64,000 bases of DNA from the IMG/VR virus record IMGVR_UViG_3300020048_000012; one strand, given 5' to 3'. This DNA is from a virus. Positions 1 through 10,576 of this stretch are shown piece by piece (the stretch's first letter is position 1; each line of letters opens with the position of its first letter). The position numbers and the translations under genes were made by a program. The notes under the pieces are model-generated. The model searched no databases and was not told the origin of the DNA. It saw only the letters and a list, made by a program, of their open reading frames with translations.

Positions 1-422
1 TGTAGAATCTAAATTCCAAGAATCCCAAGGATCGAGTTTTACAACAATCTTTTGCTTATTCTTTGAAGAGATCCATTCGCACACTTTGTATAACGTAGTC
101 TTTGGGCGATCGTCATGCGAAAACAATCCATTTGCTTTCTCTCCCTTTGCAAATCCATGCGCTAGAAACTCGCCAAATTTATGAACTCGACGATCCTCAT
201 ATTTGTCTAGCCAAAACAAAAGCTTTTCAGCTATTTGATACGGTCCGATCCATGTTGGATATTTACCTATTCTTACATACATTTTTGACAACCTCTGTAA
301 TTTCTTTTAGCCATGCTGTCGCCTCGTCTGCGCTATCAAACATAGGACTAGAGTGAACGTTCATGCCATCGATGACTTCTGTCCAAAAGTATAGATAATC
401 ATCATTTTGGACGTCGCGATAT

Positions 423-1076
423 CTAACTAATTCGAGCTTCATATTGACTAAGTGGCATTGACACAATGCGGTTTTGTTTTGGTTTATGTTCCATATAACA
501 CGTATCACCATACAATTTGTTTATGCCTAAAGCAAACCAATCTGGCATAGCACGATTTGTCCAACGAGACATTTTGACTTTTTCGCCAAGGTAATATGCG
601 CGATACGAATTCATCGTATAATTTGGTTCATTTCTAAGAGCTTTATATTGATCGGGCATAGCACGCCATGGACTAGAAAATTGATATTCTGTCGAAATAT
701 TGTTTGGAGTACGAGCAAGATGCGCCAATAATCTTTCGCATGCATGACGTTTGCCATATCGATGAGAATATTCATCTAGTAGATTAGTCCACATCGTAAA
801 CAACCAATGATAATTAGATGAACAGTGACGAGCCCACTTGGCAGAAGGATGATTCACGTGAGTAGCCTTATATAGGATTGGTTCACGATCATCGGGAAGC
901 ACATATAACTTTTGCTTACGCCCTGACTTAGAAAGCCCAATTGATTCAACGCCATCGATAATGCGATGAGCAGAGGAAAGCAATTGGGCATATTCAACAA
1001 TCATTTTGACAACATGCTTGTCATTATGCATTTTGGCGCATAGCGCTGGATCAGAATCGATATAAAAGATATTCAT
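423..1076 (-). CDS. denV: Pyrimidine-dimer DNA glycosylase (endonuclease V family)
   Basis: N-terminus MNIFY.D.DP..CA..H.DKHVVKMI.EYAQLLS and HVNHPS motif typical of the family. Confidence 0.8.
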   Translation of the reverse strand: MNIFYIDSDPALCAKMHNDKHVVKMIVEYAQLLSSAHRIIDGVESIGLSKSGRKQKLYVLPDDREPILYKATHVNHPSAKWARHCSSNYHWLFTMWTNLLDEYSHRYGKRHACERLLAHLARTPNNISTEYQFSSPWRAMPDQYKALRNEPNYTMNSYRAYYLGEKVKMSRWTNRAMPDWFALGINKLYGDTCYMEHKPKQNRIVSMPLSQYEARIS

Positions 1077-1081
1077 AATTT

Positions 1082-1111
1082 ATTATATCAAATTGACGAA
1101 TTAAAGTACAC
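1082..1111 (-). promoter_or_regulatory. Early promoter (GTGTAC-N18-TATAAT); first of about 28 copies
   Basis: Other copies start at 5089, 6852, 10149, 11323, 11760, 14967, 20466, 20661, 23235, 24286, 24719, 27343, 29369, 32607, 33909, 36177, 36975, 39102, 39484, 40625, 43472, 45534, 47699, 52557, 55512, 59533, 60248 (each 30 bp). Confidence 0.85.
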
Positions 1112-1169
1112 AAAATGATGCATATGGCCATCCTAACGTATAAATATTTATTTTAAATAGCATGTTAAA

Positions 1170-1850
1170 ATGTCACCAATATACTTATACATAAAAACTC
1201 ACAATATCACTGGATTGAAATATTTTGGCAAAACAATTGCAAAAGATCCATATGCATACAAAGGATCTGGAACTCATTGGGTTGCACATATTAGAAAACA
1301 TGGATATGATGTCACGACGACAATTTATGGAACTTATTACGATAAATTGGAATGTCAAATTGCTGCTATGGCTTTCAGCGAAGAAAATAACATAGTAGAA
1401 TCTAACGAATGGGCTAATCTTAGAATTGAAAATCTAGATGGTGGCGACACTAGTCATACAGATGGTTATAAAAAATCTTTACACAAAATAGGCGAGGCCG
1501 CTAGAAAACACAAATGGTGGAATGATGGGGTGACACAGGCGTTTTCAGAAATGCCTCCAAGCGAAAATCATGTACGTGGTAGATTACATTTCAATAATTC
1601 TGGAGCAAAGTTGGGAGGTGCTGCACAAAAAGGGAAAATATGGGTTAATAATTCTATCGAGGAATGCATGGTTTATACAGACGCAATCCCAAATGGATTT
1701 ACTAAGGGTCGGTTAAAATCTAAATTAAAATCATTAACGCCAAGGCATTTTAATAAAGGAACTAAATGGTGGAATAACGGAGAAATAGAATTAATGACTA
1801 ATTCTCCATTAGAGTCGTTTGTTCCCGGTCGTTTAAAACGAATCAAATGA
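1170..1850 (+). CDS. Free-standing GIY-YIG (Seg-like) homing endonuclease with KWWNNG-type repeats
   Basis: IYLYIKTH..TGLKYFGKT N-terminus; repeated WWNDG/WVNNS/WWNNG; antisense to neighbours; TATAAATA at 1139-1146. Confidence 0.8.
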   Translation: MSPIYLYIKTHNITGLKYFGKTIAKDPYAYKGSGTHWVAHIRKHGYDVTTTIYGTYYDKLECQIAAMAFSEENNIVESNEWANLRIENLDGGDTSHTDGYKKSLHKIGEAARKHKWWNDGVTQAFSEMPPSENHVRGRLHFNNSGAKLGGAAQKGKIWVNNSIEECMVYTDAIPNGFTKGRLKSKLKSLTPRHFNKGTKWWNNGEIELMTNSPLESFVPGRLKRIK

Positions 1851-2742
1851 TGCTATGATTATAATTATTTGAAACCAATTCATTAGTTGGCATATCATCT
1901 AAGTCTATCACCAGACATTTGAAATTCGCATAATCTGGTCGCTCATTTGGATATCCGCGTGGATTGCACGCGACTAATGTATCACCCATATAATACCAAT
2001 GTTGATGATGCACGTGCCCGCATGTCCATAATTTGATCTGAGGTCGATCAAGGATGAATTCGCTTAAATCAGAATAGTACGCCCCATTCATTAAATACTC
2101 GTTTTTGTAATCTTCACTGATACTCAATACGCTTGGTGCATGGTGCCCAACGATCACAAACTTTTCATCATGTTTTTCAGACACAACTTGTTTGATATAG
2201 CCCAGACTCTTACGATGACGATGAACTGCGTGAGCTGCGCGAAGTTTAGTATAACCATGCTCGTCATTGCGAATAATACGAAAGTCATTCATCATGTCGC
2301 CGACTGCATGCAGCGTCAACGGGTCGACCTTATTCATATCAGTCCAGAGCGTAGCTCCAACAAACGTAACGTCATCTAACTTAAAGATTTCATCTTCAAG
2401 AAAATGAATGTTGTCATGACGAGCATATAATTCGCGTAGAATAGACAATGACTTAACCCACTTACCATTATAGAATTCATGGTTGCCCGCGATAACGATC
2501 ACGTGTGGAAATTCTGAACTAATTTGTTTCAAAAAGTCCATGTACTTAATCGCATTACGAGTGCGATGCGACATCTTCTCCACTGCGCCTGATGCATACG
2601 GATTGAAGTCGGGAATCTCACGATCAAAATCATCGGCAATAAGAATATCGCCCGACAAAACCAGAACGTCAGCCTCTTCAGTATTTTTAAGTTCTATCAT
2701 CCCAAATTCAAGATGTAGGTCACTGCACACTGCGATTTTCAT
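1843..2742 (-). CDS. Calcineurin-like metallophosphoesterase
   Basis: SDLH, GD, GNHE, GHH and GHVH motifs. Confidence 0.9.
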   Translation of the reverse strand: MKIAVCSDLHLEFGMIELKNTEEADVLVLSGDILIADDFDREIPDFNPYASGAVEKMSHRTRNAIKYMDFLKQISSEFPHVIVIAGNHEFYNGKWVKSLSILRELYARHDNIHFLEDEIFKLDDVTFVGATLWTDMNKVDPLTLHAVGDMMNDFRIIRNDEHGYTKLRAAHAVHRHRKSLGYIKQVVSEKHDEKFVIVGHHAPSVLSISEDYKNEYLMNGAYYSDLSEFILDRPQIKLWTCGHVHHQHWYYMGDTLVACNPRGYPNERPDYANFKCLVIDLDDMPTNELVSNNYNHSII

Positions 2743-3699
2743 TTATAATAGCCTGTAAAATTTTCTTCTATTTCAACGACGATTGCGTCGTGTGTCTTTA
2801 CGATATTGGAATATCCTGCAGGTTCGCGCGACATATATTCATCTGTGTACTCTCTCAGATATGGCACGATATGTCCAACATGATTTCTATACCACATCAG
2901 ACAATCTCGACAATCTATAATCTTAAGCGCTTTCATTAAATGCTTTTCATAGTCAAATAAAACTTGCCAACATTGCCAGTGAGAGTAAGAAACTTTGCAA
3001 ACGCTATACTTATTGATTCATCAAATCTGTACTTTTCTGGTAGATCTACAAACCCAAAATCTGGTGTTGCAAATAAGCCAATACCTACGACACAATTTTC
3101 GTTTTTAGTATTCTGATTAGGCCAAAAAATTTCTAGACCAGTTTCTTCAATTTCTTCTGGCGACATGCCTAACTCAGTAAATGGCATGCCGATAACCAGC
3201 CAAGCTGAATAATTTGTACTCATTTTCCAAGACCCATCATAATTTTTAATCTCCAAGCAGTAAATGAAATAATCTTCAAACCATCTACTCTTTCCGTTGT
3301 ATGAATTGCAAACAACAGAGTCTGCAATTTATCATCCACGATTTGAGACCAACAATCTTCGGCCCAAATCCATTCACCCATAAATCTACCAAATTCAAAT
3401 GTGTGACGTGGATTTGCACATGACTTTAAGTTAAAGTGTACTCTAAGTTCATCTTTTGTCATTTTTCGCCTTCAAGAGACTGGCGCGCCAATGACCATCC
3501 GTGCTGCATAATTAATCCTTTGCAATGTATTCCATGCGAACATCATACTTTTTATCTTCTTTTTCGACAACATCATACGCCACAATTAGAAAGCCATACT
3601 TTTTCATTTTGTAAGACTTTACCAATTGTAGCATTTGTGAATGATTCAAATCACTATAATCTCTTACAGTGATATGTGGCTTAAGAAGAATTGGAATCT

Positions 3700-4761
3700 T
3701 CATTTTTCACCTTCAAGATAAAGATTAGAAACACACTTGAAAGAAATTCTTTTACCAGAATTGGCTTTGTATACAATACCTTCGCGTAGGCAGCCCACTT
3801 GTCCAAGAACAGATTGTCCATCTGCGTGGGCAAGAAGTTTATTAGCAGAGATGCCAGCCAAAACTCTTTCTTTATTGTACACAGGAGCATCGGTTAACTC
3901 AAGAAGTGCTGTCAATTCTCTACGATCAACTGGGGCATAATATTCAAACTTATCGATGTTAAACACATCAAATACAAAGAACATGTGCTTTGTCAAATTG
4001 TAAATGTTGCCTTGGATGCCTGGGCCACACAGTTCACCTTGAATAGCGACATTTTTTCCAAGATATGTCAACTTGGTTTTCAGATCAAGTTCAAGCGCCA
4101 TCTTCCAGAATGTATTATCTTCAGATTCCTTCAGATCAAGATTCCGAGAACAAACGCCAAAGTCTCCATCACGGAAGTACACCGTCATAGAAGAACCTTC
4201 GCACTTTTCAGTTTCTTCCCAAGTTTCAGTATCGAAGTACTTTGCAACATCATCGTAGCAATTCTGTACACGTTCCTGATCAGTCTTGATGATGAAAGAC
4301 GGAAAAGATCCGCGGGCATCAGCAGAAGTAAACTCCGGTGGTGCTTCCCACTTTACAATACCAAGAACTTCTGAAACATCATCTCCAACTTTATAATCTG
4401 GCATCAAATCTGCTGGTTCATCATACCCAGAGCCACAACCAAAAATAGACATCGGCAGAATCAATCCTTGAGACAGAGCCTTACGAAGACGAATGGTACG
4501 AAGCTTTTCACCTTCGACACCGTTATACACCTTTGGAAAATGTCCAGCCTTAGTCAGGAATGGAGCAATCGTAGACGGGATGAAGGAATCAACTTCACAG
4601 AAGATGACTCGGTCACCGACTTGGTACTTACCGACTTGATCAACTACTCTCCACCCATTGATGCCATACTGACAAATTTTGTCGGCACCTTCAATTGGGT
4701 GAACGCCATTTACTTCTTGAATAGAAGCCATTTTTCTCACATAAACATCATTCATTTTCAT
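3700..4761 (-). CDS. RNA ligase, DRB0094/Rnl5 family
   Basis: ASIQ.V..VHPIEGADKI N-terminus, TEKCEGSS (motif I variant), QGELCGPGIQGN, EGIVYK, FKCVSN.YL. Confidence 0.85.
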   Translation of the reverse strand: MKMNDVYVRKMASIQEVNGVHPIEGADKICQYGINGWRVVDQVGKYQVGDRVIFCEVDSFIPSTIAPFLTKAGHFPKVYNGVEGEKLRTIRLRKALSQGLILPMSIFGCGSGYDEPADLMPDYKVGDDVSEVLGIVKWEAPPEFTSADARGSFPSFIIKTDQERVQNCYDDVAKYFDTETWEETEKCEGSSMTVYFRDGDFGVCSRNLDLKESEDNTFWKMALELDLKTKLTYLGKNVAIQGELCGPGIQGNIYNLTKHMFFVFDVFNIDKFEYYAPVDRRELTALLELTDAPVYNKERVLAGISANKLLAHADGQSVLGQVGCLREGIVYKANSGKRISFKCVSNLYLEGEK

Positions 4762-4963
4762 CTCCTGCCATTTTATCTAATTTTAAAGACAATTCATAAT
4801 CATATTCTGATCCATACCGACACTCTTGTTCGCGTGTCCAATTTCTTCGATCAGTGCAACTATGTTCTGTAAATCGTTCATATTGATTCATACACGATTC
4901 GCGAAGAGCTTCGGCGGCTTTTCTTAATATATCTATTTGATCTTCAGTCATTCTATCATCCAA
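4748..4963 (-). CDS. Hypothetical protein, paralog of 6062-6280
   Basis: Shared MTEDQ.D..RKAA.ALRESC...EQECRYGSE.DYELSLKLDKMA. Confidence 0.7.
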   Translation of the reverse strand: MDDRMTEDQIDILRKAAEALRESCMNQYERFTEHSCTDRRNWTREQECRYGSEYDYELSLKLDKMAGDENE

Positions 4964-5117
4964 TATTTTGCAAATTTCTTTGTTGGAAAATATTCACAAT
5001 CGCCGACTTGGTGCCCTTTATGATCCAAGATCAAACCGACCCATACTCTGAATTGGCGATCATAATAAATTTCTTTTGACATAATTGTATTATATCACAA
5101 AAAAGAATATTTGTACA

Positions 5118-5669
5118 CTATTTTGCGACGATCAAGTTCTTGTTAGCTTTCCAGACACACGGGTTCTTAATTACACCATTTTCAATTGTTCCGTGCTGAA
5201 TAATTTCAAACAGTGAAGCCACAGTCACTTCAAATTGAATTCCACGAGGATCGAGCACTTTGAACAGCTTGTTACCGCGGTAACGATTGACTGTATCTAC
5301 AATCATAAATCCAGTCAGTGGTTCATTTTCCCAGATTCGTGGTGCATACTCTAGCTCAATCAGTTCATCAAAATCAATTCTTACTGCCGGAGTGCCCAAC
5401 CTATATGCATACTGATAACCTTTGCGCCGCCATTCGCCAGTATCCGTTTGATAAGCGCAATTATGGTAACCATATCCATTGGCATACGCCCAACCATGCT
5501 GAGTTTCTTTCCTCTTGGTGTTGGCTTTTAATTGTGGTTCGTGGGGATGGAGAAACCCAAAATTACTTACCGTTTCAGTAAAAGTATCAAAATCTGGTGT
5601 CAGATATTCGCGTTCTACAACTTTTTTCGAAACCACATACAACTGCTTGGGGATTTTTTGGTTACTCAT
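5118..5669 (-). CDS. Hypothetical phage protein
   Basis: 183-aa ORF in tight gene run (LDPRG.QFEVTV.SL motif). Confidence 0.7.
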   Translation of the reverse strand: MSNQKIPKQLYVVSKKVVEREYLTPDFDTFTETVSNFGFLHPHEPQLKANTKRKETQHGWAYANGYGYHNCAYQTDTGEWRRKGYQYAYRLGTPAVRIDFDELIELEYAPRIWENEPLTGFMIVDTVNRYRGNKLFKVLDPRGIQFEVTVASLFEIIQHGTIENGVIKNPCVWKANKNLIVAK

Positions 5670-6061
5670 TATTCAATATCATTCATAGTTGTTAAGCACA
5701 ATCCGTTCTGTTTTACCCATTCCCGTAGAAAAGATTCATCTGGAAATGTTAATTCAGTAACCTGTAATCCATCACCTGAGGCGTAACATTCATCACCATC
5801 ATCGGCCATTTCTTCCATTTTATCCAATACTGCTTGATCAAGTACCCAATGTACACCATTTGAACCATCACCGGAATTAGTGATGATCATATAAATTTTA
5901 CTCATTTTGTTTCCGTTTCCTTCAGTTGTTTTTCAATTTCAAATTTTTCTAACTCTCTTTCGGGAGTAGTAGTTCGTTCATAAGTATCAAGCCTACGAAG
6001 ATATTCTAAACGATCCTTCAACGATATCATTGATTGCAGTATGGGCGAAATCGTTGAAGGA

Positions 6062-6280
6062 TTAGCTGGTAGAATCGGAATCATTATAATCCTCTGCCAT
6101 TTTATCTAATTTTAAAGACAATTCATAATCTTCTTCTGACCCATAGCGACACTCCTGTTCATGTGTCCAATCCCTTCGGTCAATACAACTATTTCGTGTG
6201 TATATATCGAACCGGAACATACAAGACTCGCGCAAAGCAGAGGCTGCTTTTCGTATCAAATCTTTTTGATCTTCAGTCAT
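6062..6280 (-). CDS. Hypothetical protein, paralog of 4748-4963
   Basis: Protein similarity and near-identical 3' DNA. Confidence 0.7.
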   Translation of the reverse strand: MTEDQKDLIRKAASALRESCMFRFDIYTRNSCIDRRDWTHEQECRYGSEEDYELSLKLDKMAEDYNDSDSTS

Positions 6281-6289
6281 TTTGATTCC

Positions 6290-6673
6290 TTACATAAACA
6301 AATTCTGTGGCACTGGACCAAACATCTTATGCAATACTCTACTTGGCGTAGAAGCAACGGCAAGTTTTATGCCTTTTTTAGTTGCTTGAACTTTGTAATA
6401 ATTACGAGCAATGCAATTACGAGCATTGCCTCTACTATTATTGCATTCAAAACATGCAGCAACTAAATTATCTGGCGATTCTATCTTAATATGCTTTGGA
6501 CTAGACCACTTATCAAGTAAATGCTCAAGCGTCGCCTGGTGCGGCGACTTCTTAGTCACGTTCATTTCGCAATTACAGTAATAACATTTATTACACTGGC
6601 TGTTCACCAATGTAGAAAGAGTTATATGCTGATTGCTCATGATAAAGTCAAAAAACTTCTTTGATGATGTCAA
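6290..6673 (-). CDS. HNH-family endonuclease
   Basis: CYYC...ATLEH...NLVAACFECN pattern. Confidence 0.75.
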   Translation of the reverse strand: MTSSKKFFDFIMSNQHITLSTLVNSQCNKCYYCNCEMNVTKKSPHQATLEHLLDKWSSPKHIKIESPDNLVAACFECNNSRGNARNCIARNYYKVQATKKGIKLAVASTPSRVLHKMFGPVPQNLFM

Positions 6674-6946
6674 ATGATTCGGCTGGAAATTTCGTCTTGA
6701 ATTCTTCGGCCTTCACGTACTCATTGAATGCCTTTGCTTCAAAGAACACTTTCTTAAAGACGCTCAAATGAGAACGCTTTGGGCACACGGTGAGATAAAT
6801 TGATTTTGCTTTACCGGCCATTTTGATTCCTTGTTTGGTTTTGATAAATCTATTATACCACAAAATCTAATTGTTGTACACCGTTATTTGCAGTGCTTTC
6901 TGGTGTCAAAAATCTCATGATGCTGGTAGATACTAACAAAGAGCAT

Positions 6947-6997
6947 GAACAATGACGTACGTCACTTTCGGTGCTCTAAGTTGTTGATTTATATAGG
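6947..6997 (-). repeat. IHF-site/palindrome repeat, copy 1
   Basis: GAACAATGACGTACGTCAC..GCTCTAAGTTGTTGATTTATATAGG. Confidence 0.85.
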
Positions 6998-8317
6998 TCA
7001 GATTTTAGCCAAATTGGCCTTATACACGCTCATAGGTGTTTGTTTCTTTAGCATTTCAAGAGTCTTATTCTTGTCTGCAATCTTGGCCTCAAGCTTGGCG
7101 ACCTCGTCTGTTGTACATTCATACAGAGGGATATTGACAAACTTCTTGCCAAAGTCTTTTGGCGTAATCTTCTTTGCAATGAAGTCGAGCAATTGTACTT
7201 TCGTATTAGTCCTGAAGTCGACCTTACGTTCAATCACTGCAGTAATAAACTTTGCACGGTGAATCATTTCATCCAATGCTTCATTAGTTTCATCGATGTC
7301 ATATGCAATTTTATCACCAAACTTGGTAATACGATATTGGACAAAATAGTGAATCAATTGAGCGACTGATTCGAAGATCTTGAGTTTGCCATCATACCCA
7401 AGAGTCGTAAGAATCTCGGTATGAAGACGAACAAGTTTAAAGTACTTGAACATATCTTTATCGATAGCATTGCGTTGCTGAGCCGTAACTTTAATCTCAA
7501 ACCCAAAGCCATCTTTAGAGCATGCATCATCATAGTCACGAATCATGTCTTTGTCGATAAGACCATTCAAGAATTCTACATAACTTTCGCGATCAAATCC
7601 GATTGGCAGTTCTGTGATGGCGTACGTAAATTTGCCTAGGTATTCGATGCATCCAATTGTGCGATACTGATTGCCAGCCACGTATTCGACTTTTCCTTTA
7701 AAGGAAGGGAACTTTGGCATGATGACATCATTTGCTTTCAGGAACTTCTCAGGAGATTTCAGACATTGATTAGTAGCTTCAATCAAAGAAGGAATTGATC
7801 GAGGAAGAATGTCAGTCTTGAATCCAACTGCGATACCACTGATGCCATTAACAAGCACCCAAGGAATGATAGGCAAATAGAATGCCGGCTCTGGATTTTC
7901 TGGATCGAAAGCTTTTGGGGCAACTTCAGTGTCAACAAAGAATTTCTTGAATGTATCAGACAAAGATGCAAAGATATATCGAGGAGCAGCCGCTTCTTGA
8001 ACAAGACGAGAACCAAAATTACCATGTCCTGTAAAGATTGGAGCATTATTATTCCAATCAGACGCCATGCCCACAGCCGCACCTTGAGCTGAGCCCTCAC
8101 CGTGGTGATAGTTCATCTTAGCAAGACCACCGCCTAGTTCAGCGACTTTGACCTTATTACCCTTATACTCAGTGATCATTGCATATAGCAACTTACGCTG
8201 AGTTGGCTTCATCCCATCGATGACGGAAGGAATTGCACGACTCTCGATCGTGTACATACTAAACTCACGTAGGTCAGTATCAATAATATCAGTTAGATTA
8301 CGAACTTCAACTTTCAT
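6998..8317 (-). CDS. 52: DNA topoisomerase II medium subunit (gp52)
   Basis: RAIPSVIDGMKPTQRK, YHHGEGS, AAPRY catalytic Tyr; start taken at the ATG overlapping the gene 39 stop. Confidence 0.97.
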   Translation of the reverse strand: MKVEVRNLTDIIDTDLREFSMYTIESRAIPSVIDGMKPTQRKLLYAMITEYKGNKVKVAELGGGLAKMNYHHGEGSAQGAAVGMASDWNNNAPIFTGHGNFGSRLVQEAAAPRYIFASLSDTFKKFFVDTEVAPKAFDPENPEPAFYLPIIPWVLVNGISGIAVGFKTDILPRSIPSLIEATNQCLKSPEKFLKANDVIMPKFPSFKGKVEYVAGNQYRTIGCIEYLGKFTYAITELPIGFDRESYVEFLNGLIDKDMIRDYDDACSKDGFGFEIKVTAQQRNAIDKDMFKYFKLVRLHTEILTTLGYDGKLKIFESVAQLIHYFVQYRITKFGDKIAYDIDETNEALDEMIHRAKFITAVIERKVDFRTNTKVQLLDFIAKKITPKDFGKKFVNIPLYECTTDEVAKLEAKIADKNKTLEMLKKQTPMSVYKANLAKI

Positions 8318-10122
8318 GCCAACAACCAATCTTTACGTAGTTCTGCGGAATCGCCAAATGCCATTTCCAATTTGTTCATATCATCACCATTGACTTGGAT
8401 AAGTCGAGGGTTATTCACACATTCATAATACACATTCTCAGGCATAGAACCCAATCCTTTAAAGTAATCAACTGCGTAGCCTTTAAGATTTGCAGAGTCA
8501 AATTCTTCCTTTGTATAGAAGATCTTAGTATCCTTTCCTTTAACGCAATAGTATAAAGGTGACATCAAACGATAAATTCGTTTTTGCTCAAACAACTCAG
8601 GCCACAAACTAAAGAAGTTAAGCAGCAATCCAAAGATGTGCAAACCATCAACGTCGGCATCACTGAACGCAACAATCTTGCCATAATTCAAATTGACTGC
8701 AGGCTTACCGAGTTCCAATCCAATGATCGCCATCAACTCAAAGATTTCTTTGTTCTTGATGATATCGATGGGCTTCATACCCCGTACGTTAAGAGGCTTA
8801 CCACGCAGAGGGTAACCACCAACAGTCTTTGGATTACGCACACAGATGAGTGAACCAATAGCGGACAAACCTTCGCAAAGCAAAAGCATCTTATGCTCAG
8901 GATTTGGATCAGTTGCAGCGATATGATTAACTACTCGCACTTTTGCAATGCTCTTCTGCTTCTTAGCCAGAGCCAACTTATCATTCATTTCCTTCTTGTA
9001 AAGGATAGCCTCGATCATTGGATCAATGATCTCCGGTGTGCCTAGAATGTGCTTAGCAATCTTTTCATAATCAATAGTTCCAAGTACATTTGAGACTTCG
9101 CCATACGCATTAGTGATACGTTCTTTAGTCTGTGAATCAAATTTCAAGTTAGGAAAATTGTTCACCCAAGACGCAAAAAGCAAATGTTGTTTAATTTGAT
9201 TAGGCGGTACTTCGATTTTGTATTTCTTCTTTACGAATTCACGAAGACTTGTGATGATGTTGTTCAAAACGTAATCGACGTGAGTTCCGCCGTTTTTGAC
9301 ATAAATGCCATTTACATAACTCAAGCACCGAAATTCTTCATCTTTACCTGAAGGAGCAAATACAAATGCGAAGTTCGTGCCTTCAATTGAAATGGCATTT
9401 TCATTAAATTGCTTAGCGACTTGCTTGATGTTCTTGAATTTGATCTTCTCACCATTAAATGAAAAGACAATGTTATGATACATGACTGCGAGATTTGCAA
9501 TACGATCTTTTAACACATCGACATGATCTTGCGTGAATTCAGTCAATGCAAATTTGGACAAATCGGGCATAAACTTCACCGTCACGCCGCGAACAGGATT
9601 AGTAGGAGTACTAACTTTATGCCTGACAGACTTCATATTGTTATCGCAAGTGACAACAATTTTTTGCTTACCGTCACATGAAGCACCAACGAACGATGTA
9701 GAGAAAATGTTAGTCAGTGAAACGCCGACGCCATTCATACCCGCACCAATGCGAGTAGAATCATCAAAGTTAGATCCTGCTCGTAGTTTCGTCCAAGCGA
9801 GCAAAGGACGATATTCACCACCATGAAGTTCAACTGGAATTCCTCGACCATTATCGGATAGAGTTACCTCACATCCTTCAAGAGTAGTTTCAATTTTAAC
9901 ATCAATCTTTGTTGCAAACTTACCTTCGGTTCGAATGTGCTCGTCGACACTATTTTGAATAACTTCTTCGACGATTTTAATCAAGCCAGGCACAACAGTC
10001 TTGACTTGGTATTCATAATTGATAATGCCTGAATGAGGTTCAGGCGTAACCGAACCAATGTACATTGCAGGTCGTGCAAGCACATGTTCTCGATCATCTA
10101 GTACTTTAAATTCTTCTGTCAT
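8314..10122 (-). CDS. 39: DNA topoisomerase II large subunit (gp39+gp60 in one ORF)
   Basis: EHVLARPAMYIGS, EVIQNSVDE, DNGRGIP, GMNGVG, EGLSA, PLRGK, DADVDG, YFKGLGS. Confidence 0.97.
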   Translation of the reverse strand: MTEEFKVLDDREHVLARPAMYIGSVTPEPHSGIINYEYQVKTVVPGLIKIVEEVIQNSVDEHIRTEGKFATKIDVKIETTLEGCEVTLSDNGRGIPVELHGGEYRPLLAWTKLRAGSNFDDSTRIGAGMNGVGVSLTNIFSTSFVGASCDGKQKIVVTCDNNMKSVRHKVSTPTNPVRGVTVKFMPDLSKFALTEFTQDHVDVLKDRIANLAVMYHNIVFSFNGEKIKFKNIKQVAKQFNENAISIEGTNFAFVFAPSGKDEEFRCLSYVNGIYVKNGGTHVDYVLNNIITSLREFVKKKYKIEVPPNQIKQHLLFASWVNNFPNLKFDSQTKERITNAYGEVSNVLGTIDYEKIAKHILGTPEIIDPMIEAILYKKEMNDKLALAKKQKSIAKVRVVNHIAATDPNPEHKMLLLCEGLSAIGSLICVRNPKTVGGYPLRGKPLNVRGMKPIDIIKNKEIFELMAIIGLELGKPAVNLNYGKIVAFSDADVDGLHIFGLLLNFFSLWPELFEQKRIYRLMSPLYYCVKGKDTKIFYTKEEFDSANLKGYAVDYFKGLGSMPENVYYECVNNPRLIQVNGDDMNKLEMAFGDSAELRKDWLLA

Positions 10123-10177
10123 TTATGATGTTTCGTTGTTTAAATGTTATTATACCACATACACGATTTATTGTACA

Positions 10178-10576
10178 TTAAACGTTTATTTTTGGCGAAG
10201 TTGGTCGAGTGACATCGCGCGCCACTGCGCATAGAGTTTCAGCGATATTGGATGCAACTGTTCCGAGTCCATTGACGAAATCGTTTTCATACTTAAACTC
10301 TCCCGCTGTGTCAAGCGTGACCAATTTTCCAAGACCAAGAGCGCAATGTTTTGCAGTGACATACCAAAGTTCACCAATGTGCGTGTTTTTAACCAAGTTC
10401 GATGTCTTGCCAACACCTATTACCATAAATTCACCATTACGCGTCTTTTCGATTTTAACTGATTTTGACAAAATCGAATATGTGACATTATTATCATTTT
10501 GAGCCACTTTAATCCATTCTTGAGAATGGGCCGAGATCGATGCGCACGTAATTAGAGCTGCAATAAAGATTTTCAT
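10178..10576 (-). CDS. Putative secreted protein
   Basis: Signal-peptide-like N-terminus, Cys pair. Confidence 0.6.
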   Translation of the reverse strand: MKIFIAALITCASISAHSQEWIKVAQNDNNVTYSILSKSVKIEKTRNGEFMVIGVGKTSNLVKNTHIGELWYVTAKHCALGLGKLVTLDTAGEFKYENDFVNGLGTVASNIAETLCAVARDVTRPTSPKINV

